A stretch of 63,974 nucleotides of DNA, filler included, from Octopus bimaculoides (lineage: Eukaryota), in assembly GCF_001194135.2 (NCBI RefSeq). It is 6 parts of 6 records of this genome, joined end to end, with 100 filler letters (N's around TTAATTAATTAA, not from the genome) between each part and the next. Parts side by side here need not be neighbours in the genome. Positions count along the whole stretch, not along the records: positions 50,526 to 54,588 come from NC_068990.1; positions 54,689 to 62,368 come from NC_068986.1; positions 62,469 to 63,974 come from NW_026391848.1; 3 more parts are not named here. One strand, given 5' to 3'. Positions 50,526-63,974 of this stretch are shown one piece after another (within the stretch, counting starts at the first letter, position 1; every line of letters starts with the position of its first letter). The notes under the pieces were generated by a model. It made no database searches, had not been told where the DNA came from, and saw only the letters and a program-made list of their open reading frames with translations. The position numbers were made by a program, and so were the translations under genes.

Positions 50526-51572
50526 TATATATATATATATATGCACGTATATATGAGATGACGGACAAGCATTCGAAAGATTTGATATAAAAGAAAACGT
50601 ATTGCAAAACAAAAAAGAAACACGTACATAGCAGTACAATGAATATTATATATGATAGTTACTTGCTTCAATGTAATGTTTATATAGCTTTAACTATGCT
50701 TTCTAATGATTTTATTGTTATAGAAATAATAATTCAGTTTATATCACGTTGAACAATTTGACCTATATATATATTAAAAATAAACATCAAAAATAAACAT
50801 TGTGGAAGTGAAGGCGTAAATAAGAACAATGTTACGTGCACCTCTTTGGTCATATTTTCTTTCCTTTCTTGGTAATGCGTTGCACGAATGAAAGAGCATA
50901 TAACTAATTGTATCCCAAGCTTATTCCTTTTTGTACAAGAGTTCAAAATACTGCTTGGTTTCGGAATCTGTTTTAGAAGTTTCGGGTGCGATTGAATAAA
51001 TGCCATTGATATATTTAGGAAAATCTCATCATCAAATATATGCCACTGCCCCAAGAAATCAAATCAACTATGTTGATAAAACTGAATATTATTTAATTTC
51101 CATTTAATATTTGATGGAAAAATAGCGACGAGAAAAATAAAAGAACAAAAGTTGGTGAAACTGGAGAGAAGATAATATAGTTTGAAGTCAGCGAGAAATA
51201 AGCTAAAAGAAAGAGAAAAACAGAGATGAGAGAGGAAATATAAAATACGAAGAAAAAAATGGGTTTTAAATGCTCATTAGAAATATTACATTTGGTATTT
51301 GACAATTTGAAATGCAATTACGTAAAATGAATCTATATGGGCTTTCACTTATTGTTATTATTATTATGCTTTCTAATTATTATTATTATTACAATTATTA
51401 TTATTATTATTAATATTTTAATCCTTATTATTATTATATTATATTTCAGCTGAGCCACAAAGTTTATATATTTTCCATCTCAAGTGTTAATGTAGTATAT
51501 TAACGTACTTAAAAGAACGATCATATTTTTTATTTGGACATTTTAATAAACGGACATAAGTACGTGCACATG

Positions 51573-51620
<48 letters not shown>

Positions 51621-54304
51621 TTAAATAAGCACATATGCATTAATGTTTATATGCATATTAAGCATTATGTATATGTGCGTGTGCATCACTGTGGGTATGC
51701 ACGTGCATATAAATATTATCACCAAAACTTTTGTGTTAAAAAGGCATAGCTCTAGAATGTAATTACGGTGTTATTTTCATTCGTATGCGTTTGCTTGCTT
51801 CCAACATTTAATTTGTATATGTTTATATAAATATATAACATCAAAATTGCAACTAATAGTTATTTTTTCATTGATATGTAATAAAATATACTACGAAAAA
51901 ATACATAATTATTTCTAAATACTTAGTATAATCCATTATTTATTCATTTAATTGTAATGCATTCTTTAACTATTAACATCAGTTACCAACCTATACGAAG
52001 TTACCAACATCTGTAAACAAATGATATTTCTTTAAATTGTAAGAACAATCAGTATTTAAAAATACAATTATAACTCGCTTTGAAGACATGAAGTCTTAAA
52101 TTCATGTAAAAAAAATATATATATAATATTAATATTTAAACTTTGCCATATTAATATATATGAAACTGTCCATATGCCCTCAGATGACAATAAATACTAC
52201 GTGCTTTTTTTTATCTTTCGTGTTTAAGAAGCAACCTTTTTTAAAATTATTGATCTAAATGTAATCGAGAACAAAGGTTTTTCAATTTGAGACGTCAGGA
52301 CTGGCTTTTTTTGAGATCACTAAATAAAACGGGATTCAGAATGATAGTAATAGCATACTAAGCCCAATATGCATGTAACAATATCATACATATTTTTTGG
52401 TTGTATGTATACCAACGAAGTTATTGTATGGAATTAATGACTGAAATGTCTAGAATTATAATTTGGAAAAAAAAAAAACACTTAAATTTCTGATCAAAAA
52501 CAGCATACAAATATGATAGGCTCAATGTTTTGAAATGGTTAAAAGTCTCCATTGTTACTTCAGGTTTTCTTTTGCTGAAATTATACGATGGCCATAAAGC
52601 AGTACAAAAAAAATAAAGAAAACAACAATTCGGACAGGAAAAAAACGATCAAAGAAAATGTAACAGCATGAAAGTGTGAACACCACACATTCATGCACAT
52701 ATACAGAAACACATACATACACCCACACCCCATGTACCTTTATATATATATATGTGGATATATATATGTATATATACACACACATATCTATACATACATA
52801 TATATACATACATACATTATATATATATATGTAGTTACGCCTACTATATATTATAACAAACAGATACACATGGAATTGCATCCATAAGAAAATGCTAATA
52901 CTGCAGTAGTAAATGATATAATGTATTGATAACAATAAGACGAGATATATCAAGAATGAATCTGTATTTAGAGTATACAGATGAATTAAGTGGATGGCAA
53001 GATTATTGCAATCGCATATCTTGTTATATAAAGTATGATAATATCTCTGATGTCTAAACATAAAATAATAGGTTCAAAACCTATAACAGATTTTGTGTCG
53101 GTTCCCTATTCCAGTCAAGAAAAGGGAGAGATATATATATGGCTATCAAAGTCAATTTGCTTGGTTTTAAAATGTTTAGTAAATCAAAATTATGACGATA
53201 TTAAGGTTGATGACGATAATGTCAATAATTTATTACGAGGAAGATGATGATGATGACAATAACAATGATATGATAATAAAAATCAAAATGAGTAAGAGAA
53301 AATAACCTGAAGAATATGAAAATGTAAACGGCAACAAAAATAATTGGATCACTATGAATGAAATTATTATCATCAAAAAATAAGCTATCAGGGCTCACAA
53401 CGTTACGCTCACTCCAAGATTTGCACCTCCTAAGCACAACCCGTATTTCAGGAAAACACTTGCAGTTTATATGCATAATCAAAACACAACACACAGTACT
53501 GAAAACATATACTATAATTGAAGACAACATATACAATATATTCTAAGTTACCTGTACGAAACGAAATAGCGCCACATATTCTACACGACACATACTCTGC
53601 TATACTTGATAAGCAAATCTATAATCTTTATTGCACATAAAACTCTTATAGTCCATATACCAATCACTAAACAAATATAATAAGTCAGAAGCCGACCCTA
53701 CGAAGAAAATATAATACTAAACATTGCACAGCATAGGGGACACGCAGACACAATCCAAATGAACAAAACAAATTATGTTGTTCCTGCACTGTGCACCGAA
53801 TATAACATTTAAATAATATATACGTTGTAAAGGATGTATAACGGGAAATAATACTTATGAAGTAAACACAATAAATACTACATTCCTGATAGACAATACT
53901 GCACCTTTCTCAGAAAACGGGAAATAGGGTTTGTCGGTGCGGGAGGACCTCACATAAAACCGCTGTTAATATAATGATAAGATTTTGAAAAAAAAAGATG
54001 GTAAAACATCGTTATAAATGTAATTATTTGCATGATGTTTATGTATTTGGCTGTAAGCAAAATCACAAATCCACGATTGTGGTCGACGAATAAAAAAAAA
54101 TAACGAAACGGAAATATTTTAAGATAGCTAGAAAAATGAATAACATTAATGATACTAATAAAGATAATAAAACATCACTACAAAAACAATAATATAAAAA
54201 TCACGATGACAAAAATAATTATAATATGAATAATAATAATGATAATAGTAGAAATAAAAAAAATTATTATTATAGTTATAATTATCATGATGATAATCAC
54301 TGAA

Positions 54305-54350
<46 letters not shown>

Positions 54351-54447
54351 TTACATATATATATGTATGTATATTGACATATATATATATCTGTATGTAT
54401 ATTCATATAATTACATTTATATGTATGTTTGTAACCATACATACGTT

Positions 54448-54479
<32 letters not shown>

Positions 54480-54588
54480 CATGCGTATGTTGATAAATTT
54501 AAATATATATATATACATACATACATACATACACACACACACAAACATGATATGAGCAATTTTTCACCAATATATATATATATATATA

Positions 54589-54688
54589 NNNNNNNNNNNN
54601 NNNNNNNNNNNNNNNNNNNNNNNNNNNNNNNNTTAATTAATTAANNNNNNNNNNNNNNNNNNNNNNNNNNNNNNNNNNNNNNNNNNNN
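54589..54688. other. Artificial 100-bp scaffold linker
   Basis: N44-TTAATTAATTAA-N44. Confidence 0.95.
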
Positions 54689-55973
54689 TTTTTGATACAC
54701 ACAGAACAAAAAACAATAGAGAAGAGTAAAAAACACTCGCCTTTAGTTAATTTAGTACAATTGTTTCACAGTTAAGAGTACAAAAATATCGCTATCAATC
54801 TGGAGTAATAATTTGTAGTTTTGAAATCAGTAGTTCTTTGACTGCTATTTCTGAATTCTCAGTATGTTGGAGAAGCAGGTTACTGTCAATCCCTATATAT
54901 TTATGATTATAAATTTTACCGAAAAAGGTTTTTCATACGGTATTGTTTGTAACGCACATGGTAATTTCTTGAGGAGGAAGTAGTGGAATGGCTGGGCGAT
55001 GTAAGTTCGGTTATGCTTTGAGATTGTGTCGAGGCATGATATTCACTCGTTCATACTTGCGCGGTTTGCTACCATAGTCGAATGTACTACTGGAATATCA
55101 TACCGATGACGGAAATTGAATATTATCATTCATAATCCAGGAACGCGTCTATGATTAACTTTAAACGGTTAGTTTTCATTGTTTTTTCTTCTTGCGTTTC
55201 CTTTTGTGAGTTACAAGTAAAGCTATCTGTTGGAGTCTCAGCTTTTTTAGCTGCTATTTCTGAACTTCGGTATATGGTGAAGCAAATTCTTGCTGATCCC
55301 TTAATTATGTTTATAAATGTATGGGAACTTTTAAATAAGTTCTCCACCGATAACGGTGCTTACATAACGAAGGGCTTGGTAGAAATTATTAATTGTTGAA
55401 TTATTAATAAATTAATAAATTGATAAATATTTACCCTTTTAATTTGTAATATATATATACATATATATACACACATATGCACATACATACACACACCCAC
55501 ACACCGACACAAACTGAGATGAGGAAACAATAATAGTTTCATCTTTTAAAATCAAACACGCGAACACATATATATGTATTATTGTGTGTGAGTATGTATA
55601 CGTGTGCGTGTCTGCGTCTGTGTGTATTAACTCAGAAACATGCTTATGTATTGATGACATGTTTATGCTCGTGTGTGTATATAAATATATGGAAATCCTT
55701 GTATGAATAGAGCTTGTAAAAGTAATTGGAACGGAGTATCACTTCACGCCTCTCAATGTACACATGAAATGCAAAGTAAAACATGTATTTATACTACGAT
55801 ACCCGATAAATGCGATAAAAGAAGAACAACGTACAGCAAATGAAAACAGACCATTGAAGACATCTATCCTGACCCTTGCTCTGCCTATCTTTACGAAATC
55901 TTCTCAATTATATCTACGATATTTCTGGCTCATGCGGGCCTTGTCTCTGTCTGTCTAACTGTCTCTCTATCTG

Positions 55974-56024
<51 letters not shown>

Positions 56025-56763
56025 CACATTCTCTCTCTCGCACACATTCTCTCTGGCCATCCGTCTCTCTCGCATTCGAGTATACACTATAAGCTTGCAA
56101 TTAAAGATAGGCGTCGAATGAGTAGAATTTAAAGCTGGACTGATGAGCGAAGCATATGATAAGACTATTCTGGATAAACAATCTATTTCCTTGATAATGC
56201 GGTCTGCCATTATCAACAATTCGTATGTTAGCACACAATACATATATACATATATATATATATATAGATATATATGGTGGGTTGTGTGTTTTTTGTATGT
56301 GTATACACATATATATATAAATATATATATTGGAAGGTTTGGAGGTGATGTACAGGAATTCTATATTAGAAAAAATAATAATCAGGTACTCAGATGTCTG
56401 GATGGTTGTACATTTACAGATTCTTATTCATATGTCACATATTTTATAAATTAGCGATTTCACCTAGTCTTGTACGGTTATCTATATATATATGTGTATA
56501 TATANNNNNNNNNNNNNNNNNNNNNNNNNNNNNNNNNNNNNNNNNNNNNNNNNNNNNNNNNNNNNNNNNNNNNNNNNNNNNNNNNNNNNNNNNNNNNNNN
56601 NNNNNNNNNNNNNNNNNNNNNNNNNNNNNNNNNNNNNNNNNNNNNNNNNNNNNNNNNNNNNNNNNNNATTCTGGATAAACAATCTATTTCCTTGATAATG
56701 CGGTCTGCCATTATCAACAATTCGTATGTTAGCACACAATACATATATACATATATACATGTG

Positions 56764-56795
<32 letters not shown>

Positions 56796-56823
56796 GGCGT
56801 GTGTGTGCGTGTAAATGTATATG

Positions 56824-58003
56824 TACAGAGTGCGGTGATTAACTTGTCATCTAAATTGCGCATAAGTTAAATTTACACTGACATCTCATTTTAACAGATA
56901 CATTTATTAAAATTACATAAAAAATATCTTGAAATACTAAAGAGTAAATTTATTCAATAGAATCGCCATTGGCTTCAACCACGGCGTACAGACGACTTCG
57001 GAATCTTCTGCAACTCTTCTGGAAGGTCAACTTCTTTAAGTTGGTGATTGCTGCTATGATACATGCCTTCATTTCATCTCTGTCGTTACAAGGAGTTTTG
57101 TTGGTCTCTCATCCAACTGCACCCCACCCAGTCTGGGAAGTTAGGTGGCTAGATGTTAGGGGTGGTGTGGTCGTATAAATTGTCTGACATCCATGACTGG
57201 GTTCCCCTGCTTGTGTGACATGTTACAGAGTCTTGTTGTCAGACATAAGATCTTTCAGTAGCCGCCCTCTTGAGACAGAGTAGCACTACCTCCTCGAGGC
57301 ACTTGATGTAGGCCACGGTGTTGAGTCTGAGGCTGTGTGGGAAGATGAATGAAGGCATTACTTCGTCATCATTAGTGATCACTCCAAACATCATGATGAT
57401 GACTGGGTGTTTGATTTTATCACTATCAGTACACGTTTTGGAGACACGGCAAGACAACGGTTGTTCTGTGTGTTCATCATCTCATCCTGGCAGAAATTTG
57501 ATGGCTTGAGATAAAAATTTGCCCTTTCTCATCTTGTATGAGGAATACTGAATGTCTTCATGAACAATCTGCCTGATATAAAACTCAGACATTCCCATTC
57601 TTCTATCGCTGGAACTGATTGACTTGGAGGGATCGTAGTTGAATATAGCCTGGATCTCACCAACAAATGCAGGAGATTTTTTTCTTATCAGAACGATCAG
57701 AGTGAATTTTCCGAGCTGCCGTACCTTCGTAATCACCACTAGAATTATCCAACTCTTTCAAAATCCTCTGCATTGTCCTCAGATGAACACCTAAACACCC
57801 TGAAATCTTCGTATTGGAGCTTCCGGCGCGAATGCCAAGTTGTATAGTATGTCGATTCATATTTTCTGTTAAAGTGAATTGAGGCATTGTGCTGTTTTTC
57901 TCATAGACGGTGCCCTACTGACCCTGCTATTCTGCGTACTTGACAAACTCAAAAACAAACAATGCTCATGTACGAAACTAGAAAAAAATTAAATGGCGAC
58001 AAT
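56824..58003 (-). mobile_element. Tc1/mariner superfamily (maT / DD37D-like) DNA transposon, internally deleted
   Basis: Left TIR-like TACAGAGTGCGGTGATTAACTTGTCATCTAAAT. A right TIR remnant AAATGGCGACAAT is cut off by a microsatellite. Transposase remnants lie in between. Confidence 0.85.
56950..57887 (-). pseudogene. maT-like DDD transposase pseudogene
   Basis: HTH region MPQFTL...VHLRTMQRILKEL, then NFCQDEMMNTQNNR, KHPVIIMMFGVITNDDEVMP, YV*QQDSVTCHTS, *PPNFPD and CRRFRSRLYAVVEANGDSIE*. Frameshifts, stops and two deletions. Confidence 0.9.
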
Positions 58004-58037
58004 ATACGTGTGTGTGTGTGTGCGTATGTATTTATGA

Positions 58038-58098
<61 letters not shown>

Positions 58099-58989
58099 TG
58101 TACGTATATGTCTGTATATGTATGTATATGTATGCATATATGTATGTATGTATATTTCATTGAAAGCACGACTATGTCTCAGTTTTATTTGGCTATAACT
58201 AATATTTCTTATTTCGGCATTAAGTTTTAGCTGTTTCAAAGAATATAACTACCGGAACACCACTTATCGTTTCCAGATTTTTGAAGTTAAATCATCAGAA
58301 AATAAAATAGATTTGGTGTTTTTTTTCTTATCAACACGGCAAAATTTTGTACACCATAACACTGAAAATGTTTTTTAACTCCTACTTTCCCACCTCACGT
58401 GTTAATTAATTATTTTTTTTTTATTTCGTCATACGTTGGTTTTGCAATAAATCTTTTAACCGTTAGGCTACCGTATTCTGAAGCATGAAAAAATTGTGTT
58501 GCTTCCATCTTTATTTTACCATATGCTGAGTTTTGTATACGGCTTCCATAATTAATATCCCATATAGTGCAGAATATTACAAAGTATATAAGTATCATCG
58601 ACGAGTAATTTTCAACGTATTCCTGCTTTGTATTTTTGCAGTATATAGCGCGTTAATAGTTCCTTGTTGTTAATACATTGTAGGCACACAAGTAGAATGG
58701 CCTATATAACACCCGGATACCTGAAATTTAAAACTTTCTGTTTCATTATATTAAATTTATGTATAAATCATATATTCATAAATATATATGTGTGCCTGTG
58801 CATATGTATATAGAAATGGATGCATTTATAAGTTTATATGTATGCTTATATTCATGTATTTTTATCTATATAGCATAAAAGCAGTAAAGCATAAAATTCA
58901 CATGTATCACACTTTCAGTGTGCTCAACATATATTTCATTAAAACTGAACGAAATGTAGAATTAGAGGATTGTGTCACATAGCAAGCTT

Positions 58990-59210
58990 AGATTTAATTT
59001 ATTTAATCGAAATTAATTTAATTTAGAAGCTGTTTTTACCCAAATCATCCGGAATGTCGTGTTATGCTAAACAGAAATCCTTTACTAGTTATCTCGATAC
59101 GGTTAAACCGATAACGGATTACTGTTTAACATAACACAACATTGCTGATTATTTGGATAAACACAAGTTTACATTAATCTAAATTAATTTAATCTAGTTA
59201 AATTTAATTG
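58990..59210. repeat. AT-rich fold-back element with an inner 28-bp stem
   Basis: AATGTCGTGTTATGCTAAACAGAAATCC (59053-59080) pairs with GGATTACTGTTTAACATAACACAACATT (59116-59143) at 25/28. The arms extend imperfectly outward. Confidence 0.8.
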
Positions 59211-60957
59211 TGTACACTAATTATGTAATTACCCAGTTGCTGGAGTATCATTATAAAACAGAGGCTGGGCATAATTAAAGAATGTGAATTTTATGCTTTC
59301 CTTGCTTCTATGGTATATAATTTATTCTAAATGTTTAATTCGGCCATCCATGTACATGTATGCATGTAGGTCCTACATGTTCCTTGATGAATCTGTATTT
59401 ATGATTTTAAAATTTCCATCTGCTAAGCACTTTTATTTATATTTTGCCTCTCTACCTCTTCAACAAACATTTTAACCATTATAATTCTTATCTTTTATGT
59501 TTTTCTTTTACGTTTCTCTCTTTCTCTTCACCTATCACTCTCACTAACCACACGAATCGCAGTACAGTGCATCGGCTGGCTATGTCCCGTCTCACTCACC
59601 ATCACTCTCTCTAACATTCCCTCTGCTTTTCTCTCACTCCACTTCCTATTCTCTAACCATCTAAAGCATAAAGTGTGAAAGAACAGATAGACGAATAATA
59701 TTATAGAACTAATTCAAGAAAAAAAAACTATTTTCACTATCAACTCACGGCCACCACCATCACCACCACCATTATCATCACCACCATTGTTTTCAGTAAA
59801 AAAAACTCATTTAATTTACTTGATGTCGATGTTTCTCTACTCTGACAATACAAATGCTATCTGCCTCACTGTTTTACTCTCTCCCAGACTCTCTCTCCTT
59901 CCCTCTTTTTTCTCTCTTAATGCAACTGTTCCCCTGTCCATCTCTGTGTTTCTGCCTTTCGATTAGAAATCCCTCTCTACAAAATATTGTATCCTAAACA
60001 TATCTGTCTTTCTTTGCATTTCCCTGCCCACCTCACAACTCGTCGTTAACACTCCTCTTTCCCTCTTTTCTCTTGCCGTCTTTTTCTCTCGCTCTTCGTC
60101 TCTCCCTTCAGCTATCTACGTCACGCATTCAGCCTTGTTATACATCTTTCTCAACTTTCACTCACATCTTTCTCCACTTCTCACTCACTGACTCCAATTC
60201 CACGTTTCTTACTAACTATAGCATAACGAGTAAACAAACGAGCAAATTATGTTATAAATGTTTAGTAGAATTTCCGTTTAGTGACACTACAGTCTGAGAT
60301 AGCATAGTTAGAAGCATCTAGAACAACTGATGCAAAAACACGGCACCGTTTCATAACTACTTTATATCATAGCGTATCAATGAATATACGTCAGGTATTC
60401 TATCTCAATGTCTACTATAGCTGCTGATAATCAGGTGAGAATGTCACATTCATTTGATTTATGAGGTTGTCATTGCTAAACATATAGAACTACTTATTTA
60501 TATTTGCACTGTGTTAAATACGACATGTACTGTAGAGGTGGGTAAATTTTAATTAATTAATAAATTATATGCTTTGATATTTGATACACCCGTACTTTTG
60601 TTGTTGTTTAATCATATGCCTGTGGTCACCGTAATTTGCTTGTCTTAGTCCATTTTTTAAAAATTGATTATACATACAAATGCATTTGTTTATATATTGA
60701 ACAAAAATGCATCATTTTATGTGAATATTTAAGTAACCAAGATCGAAAATGTGGCCGGCAGATCGGATTGTAAGAGCATTCAGCAGAGAGAAATGCTTCA
60801 GATTTTGCACCCACACAGCATTATGGTAGCCACAGAATATCAAAGTATGGCGCTGAAGTGGGTGTGCTGTTAGGAGTTCGAGCTATCCACACCAGGAACA
60901 TCAATGTAATAAAATATCTTAGAAGAAACTTAAAGTGCCTACATGATAACTGTAAAC

Positions 60958-60978
60958 CTAATTTTGGGCCACCCTGTA
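60958..60978. mobile_element. Isolated Tc1/mariner-type TIR end next to a gap
   Basis: TTTTGGGCCACCCTG|TA, the reverse complement of TA|CAGGGTGGCCCAAAA. The partner end was not located. Confidence 0.4.
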
Positions 60979-61387
60979 TNNNNNNNNNNNNNNNNNNNNN
61001 NNNNNNNNNNNNNNNNNNNNNNNNNNNNNNNNNNNNNNNNNNNNNNNNNNNNNNNNNNNNNNNNNNNNNNNNNNNNNNNNNNNNNNNNNNNNNNNNNNNN
61101 NNNNNNNNNNNNNNNNNNNNNNNNNNNNNNNNNNNNNNNNNNNNNNNNNNNNNNNNNNNNNNNNNNNNNNNNNNNNNNNNNNNNNNNNNNNNNNNNNNNN
61201 NNNNNNNNNNNNNNNNNNNNNNNNNNNNNNNNNNNNNNNNNNNNNNNNNNNNNNNNNNNNNNNNNNNNNNNNNNNNNNNNNNNNNNNNNNNNNNNNNNNN
61301 NNNNNNNNNNNNNNNNNNNNNNNNNNNNNNNNNNNNNNNNNNNNNNNNNNNNNNNNNNNNNNNNNNNNNNNATATATATATATATAT

Positions 61388-61409
61388 AGATAGATAGATA
61401 GATATAGAT

Positions 61410-61475
<66 letters not shown>
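61388..61475. repeat. (GATA)n microsatellite
   Basis: Direct. Confidence 0.95.
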
Positions 61476-62368
61476 GATGAATGGGAATGGTGGAGTAGAA
61501 TGCACGGGGGAGTAGGTAATGGTATTACAGGAAGTGATTCAGAAAAATAGCATTAATGGTTTCCGTCGTATACCGATGTGGTAGAGTAATTGGATGCAAT
61601 GTAGTTATGGCAGCGAGAGAATAACGATTGTAAAGATTACAGCGTCAAGAACAGTACCAAGCATGACGTCAGAAAACATATCATTACGTGTGTCAAAGTA
61701 TAATAAAACGCAAGAACGCTCCAACAGTGTGAGTTGTCTCTGCTAATCATATAAATTACACCTTGTTAGGTTTTAGGCTGGTTGCTTCAGTAAAACGGTA
61801 TGTTAACTCATGTTGATGAGAGTTATGTTTAAGATGTCAGCGTTGTCTCAACGTGTGTTAAATCTGTTCACAAATGTAAAAAGATGGAGAGATATTTGTA
61901 AATAGCATCAGATGGAAGCTCAAACAATTTCATGTATGCGTTTTACTCCTTCCATATGCATAAGTATATAGAAAATTATGGTTGTGAACTTATGTACGTA
62001 TAATTGTGCACATGCACGCATGTGATGCCTGTATATTTACATACGACAGTACAAATATCGCGTATAAACAAATATTGGAGTAAAGGCATTACACTTTTAT
62101 ATTTATATGCCTTTACATATAGATATATGCATCTACTTTAATGTATTTTTATATGCAAGCACACAGACACACACACATACAACACACACACACATATATA
62201 TATATATTTCGTTTTTCGTGAGTCAAGACTATTGAAAAGGCTGCAAGACACAACGAAAATTTTAGGAAAATAAAAATAAGAAATAAGTGGAAATTTTACC
62301 GGTGAGCGTGTTAAATTATAAGGCACCAAAAAGAAAATGACACTCCCCAGACACAACATTATATATAT

Positions 62369-62468
62369 NNNNNNNNNNNNNNNNNNNNNNNNNNNNNNNN
62401 NNNNNNNNNNNNTTAATTAATTAANNNNNNNNNNNNNNNNNNNNNNNNNNNNNNNNNNNNNNNNNNNN
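62369..62468. other. Artificial 100-bp scaffold linker
   Basis: N44-TTAATTAATTAA-N44. Confidence 0.95.
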
Positions 62469-62832
62469 TTTGTGGAACATTGAAGACGCATATATTCCAT
62501 CTATATACATTATGATGTTTCAAATCCACCGCGCAAGCGCAGTTATAGTCGGCAGCAAATGAAAAATTACGTACCAACGTTATTCAAAATTATGAAAATT
62601 TTACTATGAAAATATATAAAGGGTTGAAAATTTAGAAAACTTTTCTATCAGTGGCCAGCATACATAATAGAGTCAATAGACAACATATTTTTCATATAAA
62701 ATTAGTGTGCCTTTCTATACACAAAAGAGAACTTAACAGGACACTTTGCATGCTGAAAAGAGAAGTTAAAGCCCAAACCACGGATAAGAGTAATTTCGAA
62801 GGAGATGAAAAATAAAAACATTTCAGTAGTTA

Positions 62833-62903
62833 CCTATGCACCTAGGTTTCAACATCAATGAACAAATAAAATAATTTGCCATCCGTGTCTTCATCAGCGT
62901 ATG
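62833..62903 (-). ncRNA. Degenerate hammerhead-like motif
   Basis: Minus strand catacg CTGATGA A GACA...TGTT GAAA CCTAGG TG catagg. The core is intact and helix III is palindromic, but the cleavage triplet is GUG and helix II is closed by G-U. Confidence 0.35.
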
Positions 62904-63013
62904 TATTTTTTCCGACGATTCCTCGCACACAATTCGTTAGGTGCTGGTTATTTGCTTGCCACTATCATCTCTTTAGGTCTACACAATAGCTAATTTCATT
63001 CGAACCGGCATAT

Positions 63014-63083
<70 letters not shown>

Positions 63084-63927
63084 CTGTGAAATGCAAGGAC
63101 TTCAATGTAGCTAACTTTGAAAAAATAGAAATAAATAAAAGAGAGTGTCAAATTATAATAGCTTTTTATCCTAAAAGTTCAAATATTCTAGTTCTGAGTT
63201 TTATATCCCCGGTTGTCATGCAAATTCTGAACTGTTTAAGTCATCATCATCCCCAAATTCACCACCACCACCACCACCACCAAAATTATATCAAATGTGA
63301 TGTTAAAAATAACAGAAATGGCACAGAAAATACTTCTCGAAGTGCTTATATTTCTCCATAATCTCAGATCTCGTGTTCAAGTAGTTCTTTGATATACGTG
63401 TGTGCTCGAAGAGATGCGGATCTTATTTGCTGTTCAGGCAATACTTCATAATATTAATAAAGAAGCATTTTTTCACAAATTATAAATAGAAGACAGATTT
63501 CGATAAATAAAACTCCGCAGCTTATTTGCAAACACTAATATAAAAAAAACCTCGTAAAAAATAACCCCAAATAATAACACTAAAACTTCAAGCAATTTTA
63601 GAGACAAAGCAACAAATCACAAATTTTCTCCTGTAACACAAAATCCATCAGTTACTATTGATATAAGAACACACATAAGCAAGGCTTAAAAGTATGGGAC
63701 CATGTGATGTGACACAGTTATACGACACTGCTAGCTATACATATTAGAGACACTTAACTAAAAACAAATTCTCATCCATAGCTGTCGGATTATACAGAAA
63801 CGATGGATTAGCTAGATCTGGTGAGACGAAAGCTACAAATAACACTTCGAAAGAAACCCGGTCCTTAAGTGTGATCCCAGGTAAATCCAGGAAGTATTTT
63901 GGCAGTATTTTGAATGTTGACATAATA

Positions 63928-63974
63928 GGCGCAGGAGTGACTGCGTGGTAAGTAGCTTGCTTACCAACCACATG
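63928..63974 (+). mobile_element. SINE family A head (runs off the window)
   Basis: GGCGCAGGAGTGACTGCGTGGTAAGTAGCTTGCTTACCAACCACATG. Confidence 0.85.

Noticed and set aside
56139-56165. CTGATGAGCGAAGCATATG as a hammerhead
   Set aside because: GAAG replaces GAAA, there is no helix II loop, and there is no NUH site or helix I.

Overview
This is AT-rich eukaryotic genomic DNA from a draft assembly, with many N-gaps and very dense microsatellites ((TA)n, (CA)n, (TATC)n, (TACA)n). The repeat families look like those of a coleoid cephalopod, probably Octopus; that comes from recognising the SINE and MITE sequences, not from a database search. Nearly all ORFs in the supplied track are artefacts of microsatellites or N-runs. 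The real content is mostly decayed mobile DNA. Retro-elements: two tRNA-headed SINE families, R4/Dong-, RTE- and CR1/L2-like LINE remnants, and the 3' end of a Penelope-like element (GIY-YIG endonuclease plus a hammerhead-like terminal repeat). DNA elements: a Helitron PIF1-helicase 3' fragment with an intact terminus, a maT/Tc1-mariner transposase pseudogene, mariner- and hAT-like MITEs, and a DINE/HINE-like element. Three observations stand out. (1) Several long fold-back elements carry hammerhead-ribozyme cores; the best is a canonical type I hammerhead inside a 284-bp inverted repeat at 50.1-50.4 kb, and there is also a nested palindrome complex at 29.9-30.65 kb. (2) Five small + strand exon candidates (23.6-45.5 kb) have compatible phases and splice into an 84-aa C-terminal fragment with dibasic KR/RR sites, possibly a secreted peptide precursor; this is unverified. 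(3) Assembly artefacts are present: an Illumina adapter remnant, five N44-TTAATTAATTAA-N44 linkers, and sequence duplicated across gaps. No rRNA, true tRNA gene or CRISPR array was found.
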